Source of the DNA: Hemiscyllium ocellatum
Lineage: Eukaryota
DNA length: 64,000 nt
Direction: 5' to 3'
Assembly: GCF_020745735.1 (NCBI RefSeq)
Contig: NC_083449.1
Span: forward strand, 4,500,923-4,564,922
How positions within the stretch are numbered: the first letter of the stretch is position 1; each line of letters starts with the position of its first letter. The notes under the pieces were generated by a model that saw only the letters and a program-made list of their open reading frames with translations, made no database searches and was not told the origin of the DNA. Positions 1-12,308 of the stretch are shown in pieces. The position numbers and the translations under genes are program-made.

Positions 1-1224
1 GAGATGGGATCAGCTGCAATCGTATGGAATTGCGGAGCAGGTTCCTGACGGGCCAAATGGACTCATCCTGATCCTAGCCTGCATGTTCTTGTTAGTTAGT
101 AGCAAGGAAATGAATAAAATCTACTCGGAGGGAGAAAATGAAGTTTGATTTCACAACATAGGTTTTAGTAAGTGAACAGTCAAATAAAGACAACAGTGAT
201 TCAACACACATTTGGTGAAAAACGATGGTTGATAGAAATAGAAAGACAATACAAAGTAGGGGGGTAAAATTCTAAAGGGGGTGCAGGAACAGAGGGAGCT
301 GGGGTTATATGTTCACAGATCAGAGAAGGTGGCATAACAGGGGGAGAGCAGTTCATAAAACACAAAGCATTCTCTGCTTTATTAATAGGGGTTTAAGAGT
401 CAATGAACAGGAGGTGATGTTAAGCTTATACAAGACAGTGGTGGACCTCAGGGAAAGAAAGTTGTTGTTTCTCATTCATTGGTCTGTTAGTAACTGGCTG
501 GTCAGAATTTCAAGATGTCAGTGAGAGAGAGAGATAAGGAGAAATTTATTTCGGTTGTTGGGTTTGGAATGTGCTGCTTGGGAGAGTGGTGGAGGTGGAT
601 TCCACAGGAATTTCAAAAAGAGAACTGGATTTAAGTTTGAAAGGGATGATGGTAGTGGGCTACGGAGATAGGGCTGGAGAGTGGGTCTAGCTGGATTGCC
701 CTTTCAGGAGCTGGTACAGACACAAATGGCCTCATTCTGTGCAATAACATTTTGTGATTCTGTGAACGTAGAAATTCTGAGCCACGTTCTGGACAATTCC
801 AAGAGGTAATTCCCTGGGACCATGGCTGAGTGACCTTGTTGCCAGGGGTTTTCATACATGAACAGCAGCAAATTGTTGTTGTGAGCAGGATTGGAGCTTG
901 GTTGGGTAATGGTCTGGAAATATTTCATTCCAAGGGAGACGGTGGGAAATCGAGTCAATTCGATTGAACGATGAATATGAATCTGTGAGCTGTTGTTCTT
1001 ACACCGTCACGTATTGGTCAGCGTTCATGCTGGTATTTGTCTGATTGGTAAGATCCGCAAAAACAAATCTCTTCCTGGAAGCATTGGAGGGAAGTTTGGG
1101 TTGTTTCCTTTACAACAGAGAAGGTTGATAGGGGAGGGGGACATGATAGAGGTATGAAAGATCGGTAGTGTGTAGGGCAGAGAACCCTAGGGTTTCAGGT
1201 TCACAATTCTTTGTATTTTGTGTC

Positions 1225-1870
1225 ACAGGTAAACAGGATGTTTGAGAAGGTGTTTAGAACACTCGCCTCCATTGTTCACACAATTGAGTATCGGAGTTTG
1301 GACACCCTGTTGTGGCTGTACAGGACACTGGTGAAGCCTGTTCTGGTGTATTGTGTCCAGTTCTGGTTGCCCTGTTGGAGGAAGGACATTATTAAGTTGG
1401 AGAGGATTCAGAAAAGATATACCAGAATGTTGTTGGGAATGGAGTGTCTGCATTATAAGGACTGGGACTATTTTCACTGGAGGGTAGAAGTTTGAGGGAT
1501 ATAGAAGTTTATGAAATCATGATAGTCATAGAGGAGGTGAATGGCAGGTGTCTTTTCCCTAGGGTGGGGGATCTTCAAGACCAGGGGACATATTTTTCAG
1601 TTGAGAAGAAAAACATTTTTGAGAATGACATGACGGGTAACATTTTTTGACGGAGAGTGGTTCATGTGTGGATTGAACTTTCAGAGGAAGTGGCAGGTAT
1701 GAGGGCAGTTACAGAGTTTAAAAGACATTTAAGTAAGTTCAAGAATAGGAAGGGTTTGGAGAGATATGGGCCAAGTGCAAACAAGTGGGACTAGTTTAGT
1801 TTGAGATTATGGACGGCATGGAGTAGTTGGACTGAAGGGTCAGTTTCCTTGCTGTGTGATTCTGACTCTG
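1225..1870 (+). mobile_element. CR1 3' fragment nested in older CR1/L2 debris (1-2390)
   Basis: LYRTLVKPVLVYCVQFWLP...LERIQKRYTRML and CR1 3' UTR. Confidence 0.9.
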
Positions 1871-3928
1871 TTATGAGGGACATGGACAGGGGGACAGGAA
1901 GCAGCTATTTCCCTTAGTCGAAAGATCAGTAACAAGGGGGGCATCATTTTAAAGTGAAGGGCAAGAGGCTTAAGGAGGGATTTGAAGATTGTTTCCCCCG
2001 GAAGATGGTGGGAATCTGGAATGTGTGAAAATAAAACATTTGGACTTGCAGTTTCTATTTGAAATCACTAATTGCTCTGGTGTGGCAATTTGTAACCGCA
2101 GGGGTTCCAAGATTTATTAATGTGGAATATCCGTATAAAGGAGTAGGAGGAGGCCATTCAGCCTCTTGACCCGGTTCCACCATTTAATGAGGAGGAGTTT
2201 CTTCAGCCAGACAGTGGAGAATCTGTGGAAAACATTGCTGCAGACGGTTGTCATTCTGTCTTTAAGACAGAGGTTCTTGATCAGTAGAGAGAAGGCAGGA
2301 GAATGAGGTTAAGAAACATATTGGCCATGATGGAATGATGGAGCAGACTTGATAGGCCAAATGGTTGCTATATCATGTGGTCTTGGTTACTAAGTGATGA
2401 AAAGATTGTGATGCAGCACACAGTTTAGTCTCTCAGATTCAGAGCTTTCTGAGCATGTGCTGAGTCACCCACACTACAAGGTGTTCGGGCAGCGAGATGA
2501 CCAACACAACCTACGAGCTAGGAGCCTTCGGGACCCTGCTTCCCTCATTCTATGTAGCTTTGGCTGATCTCATTGCAGTCTCAGCTGCAATTTCCTGCCC
2601 CTGCTCCCTTTCACCCTTCACTGATCAACAATCTGTCGGTCCCGTCCTTCAATATATTCAGTGTCCCCATATGCCCCCACACACTGGGGGGTGAATTTCC
2701 AAAGATTCCCACCTCGTCTCCCTTGGAGAGAAGCCTTTCCTCACCATTTCTGTTTTCAATCTGTCCCACCCCATTCTCCTGAGACAATGATCCTCTCATT
2801 CGAAACTGTCCCACCTGAGGAAACATACTCTGTCCGTCTCCTTTGTCAATCCCACCCCCTTTAGCGTCCTATATCCCTCAGTTGGCTCTCCCCTCATTCC
2901 TCGAAACTCCAGAGAGTATTGGCCTAAACTGCTCAATCTCTTTTTCAACAATAAACTCCTCATCTCTGAACATGAAATGTACAAAATCATGTTGCAGTTA
3001 GATGGTATCTTGGATGTGGAATTCACATCTCAAAATGGGTTAGTCATAGTTTCCAAGAGGTCTACAGCCCAGAAAAAGACCCATTGGCCCATCAAATCTG
3101 TGTCAATCAGAAAAACCACCTCACTGTTCCCTCATCCCATTTCCCCTGTACTTGGCTTCATAACCTTGGTGTCACAAGCGTGCATCTAATTCCTCCTTCA
3201 ACGTGATGACGATTTCTGCCTCTCCCACCCTTACGGGCAGTGAGTTCCAGATTCCCCACCAACCTCTATTTGAATAAGATTTTCTTCCATCCCCTCAAAA
3301 CCTCCTGGCCCTTACCTTCAATCTGTATCCGTCGCCCCAACTCCGTCAAGGGGGGAACGTTTCTTCCTGCCGACCCTATTTTCACCCCTCGTCATTTTAT
3401 ACATCCCTCTCTTTCAATCTACTCTGCTGTAAGGACAATAACCCCAGTCTGTCCAACCTCTCTCAATCACTGAAACTCTCCAGCCTCCAAGACAATATGC
3501 TGATAAATCTCCCTGTGCATCCTCTCCCAGTTCATTTAGACATGTACTGTTGGTAAAATGTCTTATTTACAGCTTACTGAAATCCTACATCAGGAAGGAA
3601 ACACGCAAGTTATTTTGCAGTGAAAAAGAGGGCAGTTAATTTTTAATCAGCAAAGTTATGTTTTTAGTAGGTGGTTAATGTAAGTTCACCATTGTCTCAT
3701 TAGAGAGGGGGAGAAAGAGGTGTGGGGGAGACAAAGAGAAAAAAAGCAACAACTGTTTTATGGTTTAATCTGAGGGTCACCACATCTAAGGCACAGGGAA
3801 TGATCATTCACATCAATCTCAACCAGAGCAGCAATTGAACTGCATGCTGTCAGCGTGACGATACATTGTAAGCCAACTATAGAATCAATTGAGCTAACCA
3901 ACCCCTACATGGCTAGTGGCAAAAACAT

Positions 3929-4136
3929 TGGGTGGCACGGTAGTTAGCAATGCTGCTTCACAGCGCCAGGGACCCAGCAACAATTCCAGCTGCAGATGAC
4001 TGTCTATTGGGAGTTTGCACATTCACCCCTTCTTTGCCCACACACACAGGGAGAATGTGCAAACTGAGGTGGGAATTGAACCCGGGTCTCTGGCACTGTG
4101 AGGCAGCAGCGCTAAGCACTGTGCCACCATGCTGTC
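3929..4136. mobile_element. Two SINE 5' halves fused tail-to-tail
   Basis: 3929-4045 is a SINE head on +; 4045-4136 is the same head on -. Confidence 0.8.
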
Positions 4137-4784
4137 CATGAGTTAAGACTCTAATGATGACTGTTGTCAGGAACAAACAACCATCTGGTTCAAACTTGAA
4201 GACTGAGGTGAGGAGGAATTTCTTCTCTTAGAGGGTTGAGAGTCTTTGGAACTCCTTGCCACAGAGAGCTGTGTGTGGGGACAGTGAGCAGATTTAAGGC
4301 TGGGATAGATAGATTCTTGATCAGTCAGGGAATTGAGGGTTACATGTTATGTGCAGGAAAATGAATGTGAGGAATGGGGCATCAGCCACAATGCTATTGA
4401 ATGGATGAGCAGGTTTGAGGGGCCGAATGGCCTTCTCCTGTTCCTGTCTGTGATGGTCCTTGAGGGAATGAAATATGAGCTCCTTACCCACTCTGCTCTG
4501 CACGTGATTCCTAACCCTTTGCAAATTCTTCACTGCCTTCTGGCTGAGCAAGCCGATTGGTTCAAGGACATTTCAGAATTGCATCTACTTCCCATCTTGG
4601 CAGAGATGACTACATCCTGTTCAGAGGACAGAGAAATAACATTTGGCAGAATCAGTTTTTGACTTGTTCTAATCATGCGCTTTGCCAAGACAAATTGGTC
4701 TGTATAATGACCCAACATATTCACAGCTCCTCCTGTACATTCTGATTATCTTTCAGGCAAAGTTTGTTATTTCCATCCATTTTC

Positions 4785-5635
4785 ATACAGTCATACAGCA
4801 CAGAGACAGGCCCTTCAGCGCAACTTGCCAAGCTGACCAGGTTTCCCAAACTCAACTAGTCCCATTTGTCTGCATTTGGCCCATATCTCTCTCAATGTTT
4901 CTTATTCATGTCCCTTTCCAAATGTCTCTGAAATGTTGTAATTGTACCTGCCTCTATCACTTTCTCTGGCAGCGTCCTCTTTGTGATAAGTTTGCCTCTC
5001 AGATCCCTTTTTAATCTTTCCCTCTCATCTTAAACCGAAGCCCACTTGTTTTGGACACCCCTTCCCTGGGTAAAAGACCACAGCTTTTATCTATGCCCCT
5101 CATGATTTTATAACCCTTCAGCCTCTGATGATTCAGGGGAGAAAAGCTACCAGATTATGCAGCTTCTTCTGAAAGCTCAAACCCTACATTCGTGGGAACA
5201 TCTTTGTAAATGTTTTCTGTGCTCTTTCGAGCTTAAGAACATCCTTTCCACAGCATGTTGACCAGAACTGTACATAGTATTCTAAAAGTGGCCTCACCAA
5301 CATCCTGTATAGCTGTAACATGATGCCCCAACTTCTGTCGTCAATGCTCTGACTAATGAAGGCAAACATGCCAAATGCCACCTTCACCATTGTGTCTAAC
5401 TGCAATCCCACATTCAAGGAATTATCCATATGCACCCCCTAGGTCTGTTTGTTCATAAAGACTTCCTAGACTTGTACAATGAACAGTATAGGTCCTGCCC
5501 TGGTTTGCCTTACCAAATTGCAACACTCACATTTATCTAAATAAAACTTCTACTACTCAACTGCTGGCCCAGTTGATCAAATTTCGATCGTACTCTTCAA
5601 TCACCTTCTCTGTCCACAATGCCACCAATTTTGGT
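4785..5635 (-). mobile_element. CR1 3' fragment
   Basis: LYRMLVRPLLEYYVQFWS...LERAQKTFTKM. Confidence 0.9.
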
Positions 5636-5677
5636 CTTGCTCCTATCTACTATGTTTCAGTGTTGACTTGTGTTCAG

Positions 5678-5809
5678 GCTGAGCAAGTGGAACAACAACC
5701 ACCCTGCATCACATACGCCACCCTGAGGCACATAGATACAGGAGAGGATGAGGAACCAGGTCAAGATGAAGAGGGAAAAGTTTATGCCAACCTTCCATGG
5801 ACATTGTGA
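5678..5809 (+). CDS. Probable terminal coding exon of an inhibitory immune receptor (cytoplasmic tail with ITIM and second tyrosine motif)
   Basis: Acceptors tatgtttcag (5660) and tgtgttcag (5677) precede AEQVEQQPPCITYATLRHIDTGEDEEPGQDEEGKVYANLPWTL*. ITYATL fits [ILVS]xYxx[LV]; KVYANL is an ITIM-like motif near the C-terminus. It is a non-repetitive island between LINE fragments. Upstream exons were not identified. Confidence 0.62.
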   Translation, partial: AEQVEQQPPCITYATLRHIDTGEDEEPGQDEEGKVYANLPWTL

Positions 5810-6129
5810 GACAGCACAGAAGAAAGCCTGTGAAGCTTCACAAATCGATCAACAGCAATCCTACCTTCCAGCAAATAAGGAGGACAAGGGAGAGAAGGCA
5901 GAGCAATGTGATGTTTCTTGACTCAGCTAGGCGTTGTCTCAATTCATTCAGCAAGATGTTAGTTCTAAAGATGGACTTGTCTTGAGAAACCATCTGCATA
6001 ATTGTCTCTCCCACAACCCTCAGTGTGTCAGTTGATCCCGCTGTAGCACAATCTAACTGTTGATGGCAGAGCGTTCAGATTTTATGCTATCCTTTCCATC
6101 TTTTGGTTAAATTGTGGTCAGCTGGAAAT

Positions 6130-7000
6130 AATTCAAGGCAGGATTGTTTTCCAGCCCTATCTTCATTGCCCTCTAATTTCATCACTTCCAGTACATATCC
6201 AGCTTTCTTTTCATACCTCATATGGAATCTATCTCCACCATGATCCCAGGCTGCACAATCCAAATTCTAACAACTCTGTGTAAAGATGTTTCTCCTCATC
6301 TCACACCTAGCTCTCTTACTGACAATCTTGAAATTGTGACCCTGAGTTACTGACATAGCAACTACTAGTCACAAAATATTCTTCTTTACCATGGCAAAAT
6401 TCTGCATAATTTTGAACACCTCCATAAGGTTCCCCTCTTAATCTTCTCTGCTGAAAGGAAAAGGAGCCGGATATCACTAATCTTTCCTTGAGTGTAAAAT
6501 TATTCACTCCTGCTATCATTCTAGTAAATCTTCAATGAATGTTCTCCAGAGTTTGAAGTTCCTATCTTAAATAAAATGCCCAGAACTGAACAAAACTGAT
6601 CTGACCAATGATTTGTAGAGGTGTAGCATCATTTCCTCAGTTTTATACTCAATGCCTCTATAACCACTAGGATCCTATAAGCCTTCTTCACAGCGGTTTC
6701 AGCTTGCCTGGCCAACTTAAGAGAATGATCACCCTGAGGTCCCTCTGCTCCAGTGCTCCCTCCAAAGATGTACCATTGACCCTGCATTGTTGCTCTGTGT
6801 TTCTGTTAGCAAAATGCTTTACCTCACATTTCTCTGCATTGGAATTGAACTGTCAGATATCTGCTCATTTGGCCAACTTGACAATTTCCCTGTGAAGTCA
6901 CTCAGCATCATCCTCCCAATCACTCATCACCCTGGGTTAGTATCAACTGCAAATTTAGAAATTATATCCTCAACACCCAACTCCTAATCATTTATATAAC
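6130..7000 (-). mobile_element. Old CR1/L2-type LINE 3' fragment
   Basis: FSFQQRRLRGE remnant and RT C-terminal similarity. Confidence 0.7.
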
Positions 7001-7560
7001 CAATGTAGTTATCAATGTCAGTTACTTCTATATGCATGTAACTATCAATCTCTCCCTGTCAGTTTCCCCGATGTGAATGTGAGTGTATTTACCAGTCTGT
7101 TCCTGCTCTGTGAATTGAGACTGTCAATATTAATCTGTACTTGTCAATTTCTCCTATCAGTAGATGAATACAGTTACCAATCTATGCCCCTCAATCTCTG
7201 CCTTGTCAATATGTGAACTTAAATACCGATTTCTACCTGTCAGATTCAGTTTGATGAATGTGAACAGTGCAGGTACTAATATGTACCTGTGAGACTCTGC
7301 TCTGTGAATTCTATTCCTGTCAGTTTTAGCTTCGTGAATGAGAGTGTAGTTGTTAATCTGTTCCTGACAGTTACTGCAATGCGAGTGTGAGACTTCAGTT
7401 GAGAGAAACTGACCGATGGAGACTATTAGACACAGATTTGCATCACAGTAACTGTGTCATCATCATTTGTTTGTCTATTTCTGCAACATGAATGAGTGTG
7501 TAGTTATCAGCCTGCACTTGTCAGTGACTGCTCTTGTGTATCAAAGTGGAAGCTAGTAAT
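7000..7560 (+). repeat. Degenerate 45-50 bp minisatellite
   Basis: Recurrent GTCAGTTTCTGCTNTGTGAATRTGAGTGTAGTTATCAATCTGTACCT units. Confidence 0.85.
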
Positions 7561-9730
7561 ATTCTCTGTGTCTGTGTGATACATTCTGAGATATTTGTTA
7601 TGAGGGTGTTGAGACTGGATCTTCATCTTTTCCACATTTTCTGATTTTTTTTTAGTTGACTGTCAGTCTGTCGGGGTGGATGGGGGAGAGAGGAGAAAGG
7701 GCGATGGCAGAAGGGAAACTGCTTTATTCTGAGAACCATTCTGAATTATGGTCACGTATTTCCTGTTTGGGTAGAGAGTCTGGGATCTATGGTATCACTG
7801 AGACATTTAGTTTTAATTTGTATCCAGACATTGTTGGTGTTTATTTTGTGCAAGAGAGTTTTATTCTACATGTCAGTCCATTTCTGCCTGATATTTTCCA
7901 TATTAATATGCAACACAACAGCATGTCATCTCCTTTCTCATTAAAATCAGAGTCACTGATATGGTACAGCTCAGAAGCAGACCATTCAGCCTATTGTGTC
8001 TGTTCTGGGACATCCTGTTATGCATCAGTTCTGCAGTAATTGTTGGGAATGTGAACTTCGTCCACTCATTGTCAGTGTCTCTATGGAAAGGACAATTCGG
8101 CATCAGTTCTGCTGTCATCTGACTTTCAATAACTATAGTGCTCGTTTTGATATGTTTCCCACAGTCTCAATCACAGATCATTGGTCAGATCTCATTTGTT
8201 TTCAGTTCTGGGCACTTTTTTTAAGGGAGGACTCTCAATCTCTGAAGAGGGTTCATTGGAGAATAACTTGATCTCGTTCATTTATGTTCAGTTGTGGGTT
8301 TGTGTCTGTGTAGCATAAACTCTGTAAATAAACTCTTTTCAATGATGCTTAATTGTATTGCATTTCAGTCTCAGATTATTGTTATATTGTGTGTGCATGT
8401 CTGTATAGTAGATTTTATCAAGCGCTGCTGGGCACTGCATAGCCTCAGCTGTGATAAGTGATGTTGAGAGTCAATACATATCTGGAAATAATTCATGCCT
8501 AATTTGATTCTTTTCCTTTCAGCATTCAGTGGCTGAGTGAGAGTGAGTTTGCTCTTATGCTGCCACTCTGTAACTCAGTTCATGTCTCCTGTAGTGGATG
8601 GGGAAACAGCCAAAGTTCTTTAATTGTTAGTGGCGGTAGGAATCACGTGTAAGTGAAAACGTAACATACTCCAACAGAAAGGATTCTATGCTGTTCTTCA
8701 GAGTCAAGGTAGGATACACAATGAACCTTTTGTATCTTGTATAATGCAGAATCTAATAGTCTTCAGAATGCCATTAATTTTGTTTCAGTGCATATTGATG
8801 TACTTTTCTGAACACTGCTGAATTAAGTCAGTGGAAACTGAATCCATTTGCAACAAAGTGAAAGGGTTACAAACTATTCAACTGCATTGGAGCTGAGTGA
8901 CCATAATGTTCCTTGTACAGAAAAGACAAGTGGCTAATTAACTGTTTTTCTGATGTAGACAGAACATTACCCTGCTCTGTAGTGTGATGATGTACCATTA
9001 ACAGTACTCTTGTGTTACTCTATAGTAGGAAGGAGGAAAGGAAAAGGATTTTTTTTTGTCACGCAGTGCAGAATATGTAAACTGTCAAATTCAGTTTATG
9101 GAATAATCAACACTGTTCAAGTCTGCTTGAAAATAAAACGAGCAGCCTTACAAACCGACCAATTTTGGCTTTTTTTTCCCTTTCTCCACTGCTTTGAAGG
9201 GTGGTTATTAGATTCCATTGATGAATTGTGAAATTGCCGTCAGATTTCACACTTTTATGTGATACTTCCTCGGGAAGGATAGGACGAATGCAGAGCTCTT
9301 TGTAGATAATTGCAACTAATTTTGAAAGTAGTACACAATTATCTTTCAAAAAGTTTCTGGTTGGACTGAAACAGACAAAACAAAGTCTTCTACTGCAATA
9401 TGAAGAAATGGTGAATGATGTTGTGACAAAGATGGGGATGGCAGCTCCTCTGCTACCATGATACATTTATGCAAGTAAATGCTGGCTGATCAGGATGAAA
9501 ATTGTGAGCTGGTTGTTTCTGATTAGTGCAGACTCTAAAGTTATGAAGGGCCTGATTCTGTGCTGTCGGCCCCTCTCTCTCTCTCTCTGACAAAGGATCT
9601 GTGGGTAGAAATAATTTTGAATGTAACATTTTCTGTTACTTGCAATGTCAATGGAACTGCAAGGCAGTTAGACATTGGAAAGTATGTCAGGATGGTGTAT
9701 GTTTTTGAAACTCATTGTAAGTCAGAGAGA
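7560..9730 (+). repeat. Further, more diverged paralog of the duplicated unit (homologous to about 45150-47430, and partly to 35000-36215)
   Basis: Shared blocks such as ctgtcaaattca(g/a)tttat, tggctgagtg.g.gagtgagttt, ttcttcaga.tcaagg and gatggggatg.ca.ct. Confidence 0.75.
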
Positions 9731-10182
9731 GAGTCATTCCTTGAAGTCACAGTAGAGCTAACAGCCAATGGGGAGCTTCAAACCAGCATCTACAGAAAAA
9801 CACGTACAGACCAAATATTGAACTACAGAAGCAATCATCCCAACACCCACAAACGAAGCTGCATCAGAACATTGTTTCAATGAGCCAACACACACTGCAG
9901 CACAGAGGAACTATGCAGAGCAGAGGAAAATCACCGATACCGTGTTCAAAACGAATGGGTACCCACTGAACACAGTCCGCCAATTTCTCAGCAACTAACC
10001 CAAACAAACAGACAAAACACGTCCAGAAACCCCACCCACTGTCTCCTACATCAAAGGTATCTCAGAAATTACTACCAGACTAGGCAGACTCCTTAGCATC
10101 ATGATAGCCCATAAACCCAACACACACTAAAACAGCAGCTAATGAACTTGAAAGACCTTAACAGACAACAAGCAAAACTAAT
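9730..10182 (+). mobile_element. Penelope-like RT C-terminal fragment
   Basis: FLEVTVELTANGELQTSIYRK-TRTDQILNYRSNHPNTHKRSCIRTLF, typical of the Penelope RT thumb. Confidence 0.85.
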
Positions 10183-10620
10183 ACTGTTGGAATATCGCTG
10201 CAATTCTGGTCTCCTTCCTATCAGAAAGATGTTGTGGAACTTGAAAGGGTTCAGGAAAGATTTACAAAGATGTTGCCATGGTTCGAGGATTTGAGCTATG
10301 GGGAGAGGCTTAACAGGCTGGGTCTGTTTTCCCTGGACCGTCAGAGGCTGAGGGGTGACCTTATAGAGGTTTACAAATTTATGAGGAGCATGGATAGGGT
10401 AAATAGGCAAAGTCTTTTCCCTGCGGTCAGGGAGTCCAGAACTAGAGGGCATAGGTTTAGGGTGAGAGGGGAAAGATATGAGACTTAAGGGGCAACTTCT
10501 CCACGCAGAGGGTGGTACGAGTCTGAAATGAGCTGGCAGAAAGTGGTGAAGGCTGGTACAATTGCAACACTTAAGAGGCATTTGGACAGGTATATGAATA
10601 GGAAGGGTTTGGAGGGACAT
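10183..10620 (+). mobile_element. CR1 3' fragment
   Basis: LERVQERFTKML...LFSLDRQRLRGDLIEVYK. Confidence 0.92.
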
Positions 10621-10789
10621 GAGTAGCATGCATTGAGAATATAGATTAAAAATCTAAACTTCTACTTCCTTGGTGGTGTTTGACTCTTGGTTTGAACATA
10701 TCTCTCTGGAAATAGAGCTCAGTGTGAGTCTGACTCAATCCACTACGTGACTGGAAAGGATGTTCTTCACTCTGATAGCAGTAACAAGC

Positions 10790-10871
10790 CTGCTGTTTGT
10801 TCGAAGCAGCTGGTCACACTTGGTTCTGTACCGAGGGAATATTACATTGTCTTGGTCCTTTGAGTACCTGC
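10790..10871 (-). other. 82-nt exon-like unit, copy 1 (donor mutated to GC)
   Basis: tctgtcttcctccAG|...aacagcag|GCttgt. Phase-1 frame RYSKDQDNVIFPRYRTKCDQLLRTNS. Confidence 0.5.
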
Positions 10872-11169
10872 CTGGAGGAAGACAGAGGAGATACCTCCTG
10901 GAAATCAACATCAGTTGTGATTGGCAACATCAATGTAACATTCAGTTAGTCATCATTACAATTTGTTTTTGTTCAACGCCAGCAATTTAAACAGAATCAC
11001 AGGTCTGATTCCACTCCTGCTCTGAGCTGCTGCTTGTCCATTTTTTTCTTAAAATTGTAAAACCCATTGAGTGAGATTCCGAAACTAAAGAACACCCACA
11101 CAGCTCCATGAATGGGGCCACCTGAGGCAAGCAAGTATGTGGATATGTGAGTTTAGTTACCTGTCTGTT

Positions 11170-12308
11170 CCTGCTCATTTATCATCCAATCCTACAGCCA
11201 CTTAGCTTGAATCTGTGACCCCTGGTTTTTGAACTCTCTGCCAAAGAAAATAGGTTCTTCTTATCTATTCTAATGTCTCCCTCTCACTAATTAGTTAAAA
11301 ATCACTCAACACCAGGTTATAGTTCAACAGGTTTATTTGGAAATGCACGCTTTCAGAGCGCTCCTTCTTCATCAGCAGCCCCGCCCCACCCACCCACTGC
11401 CGTCCCCGTCCCTGTGGGGGATACATTCCAGGACCTATGGAGGAAGCCCAAATCTGTAGATAGGTATGAACCCATTAACGTAAATGGAAATATACGTTCC
11501 CGGCAGCCTCCTGGTTCCTTGATCTGAAACATTCCCTTTTATATGTTCGGATGACAGTAAACCGCAGGTCAGTGAAATTGGGATAACCGGACCTGGGGCT
11601 ATTCCTTAATCATGGCACCTCTGTTCCAAGGAACACAACCTCAACCTCTCCTGATAGCCACAATTCACCAGCCCTGGCAACATTCTAGTAAATCTTTTCT
11701 GTACTCTCTCCAGAGCAATGATGTCCTTCCTGTGATGTGGTGACCCAGCTGCACACAATACTCCTGCTGTAGCCACCAGTTCCTCATACGTTTTCATTGT
11801 TATTTCCCTACATTTCTGTTCCATCCCTCTGCCAATCAAGGAGAGCTTTCCATGTGCCTTCCATACAACTTCATCCACTTTAGGAACTCGTGCACCAAGT
11901 TCTCTCACTTAACCTGTCCCCTCAGTATATTCCCATTTATTGTCTGACTTCCCAAATTGCATTCCCTGATACTTCTCAGAGCTGAACTCCATCTGCCACT
12001 TTCCTGCCCACTCCACCAAACCATCTATATAGTTTTGGAGCTTACAGCTATCCTCTATATGCCATTTTTTGTGTTGTCTGCAAATTTCACAAATCTGCTC
12101 ACCATATACAACTCCAAATCATTAATGTATAAAACAAATGGCAGCGGTTCCAACACTGAGCCATGCAGACTACTGCTTGTAACAGCTTTCCATTCACAAT
12201 GGCCACCATTGACCATTATCCTTTCTTTCCTGTGACTGAGCCAACTCTGGATCCAATTCAACACATTACCCTGTATCCCATGGTCTTTTGCTTCTTGGAC
12301 CAGTCTGC
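11170..12308 (-). mobile_element. CR1 fragment into which the Gypsy LTR inserted (paralog at 28290-29287)
   Basis: HGSVLEPLPFVLYINDL...FADNTK; the same junction occurs in both duplicates. Confidence 0.85.
11398..11605. mobile_element. Possible Tigger/pogo-like MITE remnant
   Basis: gtgggggatacattccaggacc resembles Tigger-family subterminal sequence. Absent from copy B; TIRs not clean. Confidence 0.35.

Noticed and set aside
961-1052. Possible exon ending at TTG|GTAAGA (1047) as a TM or leader exon of the ITIM receptor
   Set aside because: No convincing acceptor, and the open frame contains several His, Arg and Glu residues, so it is not a credible TM segment.
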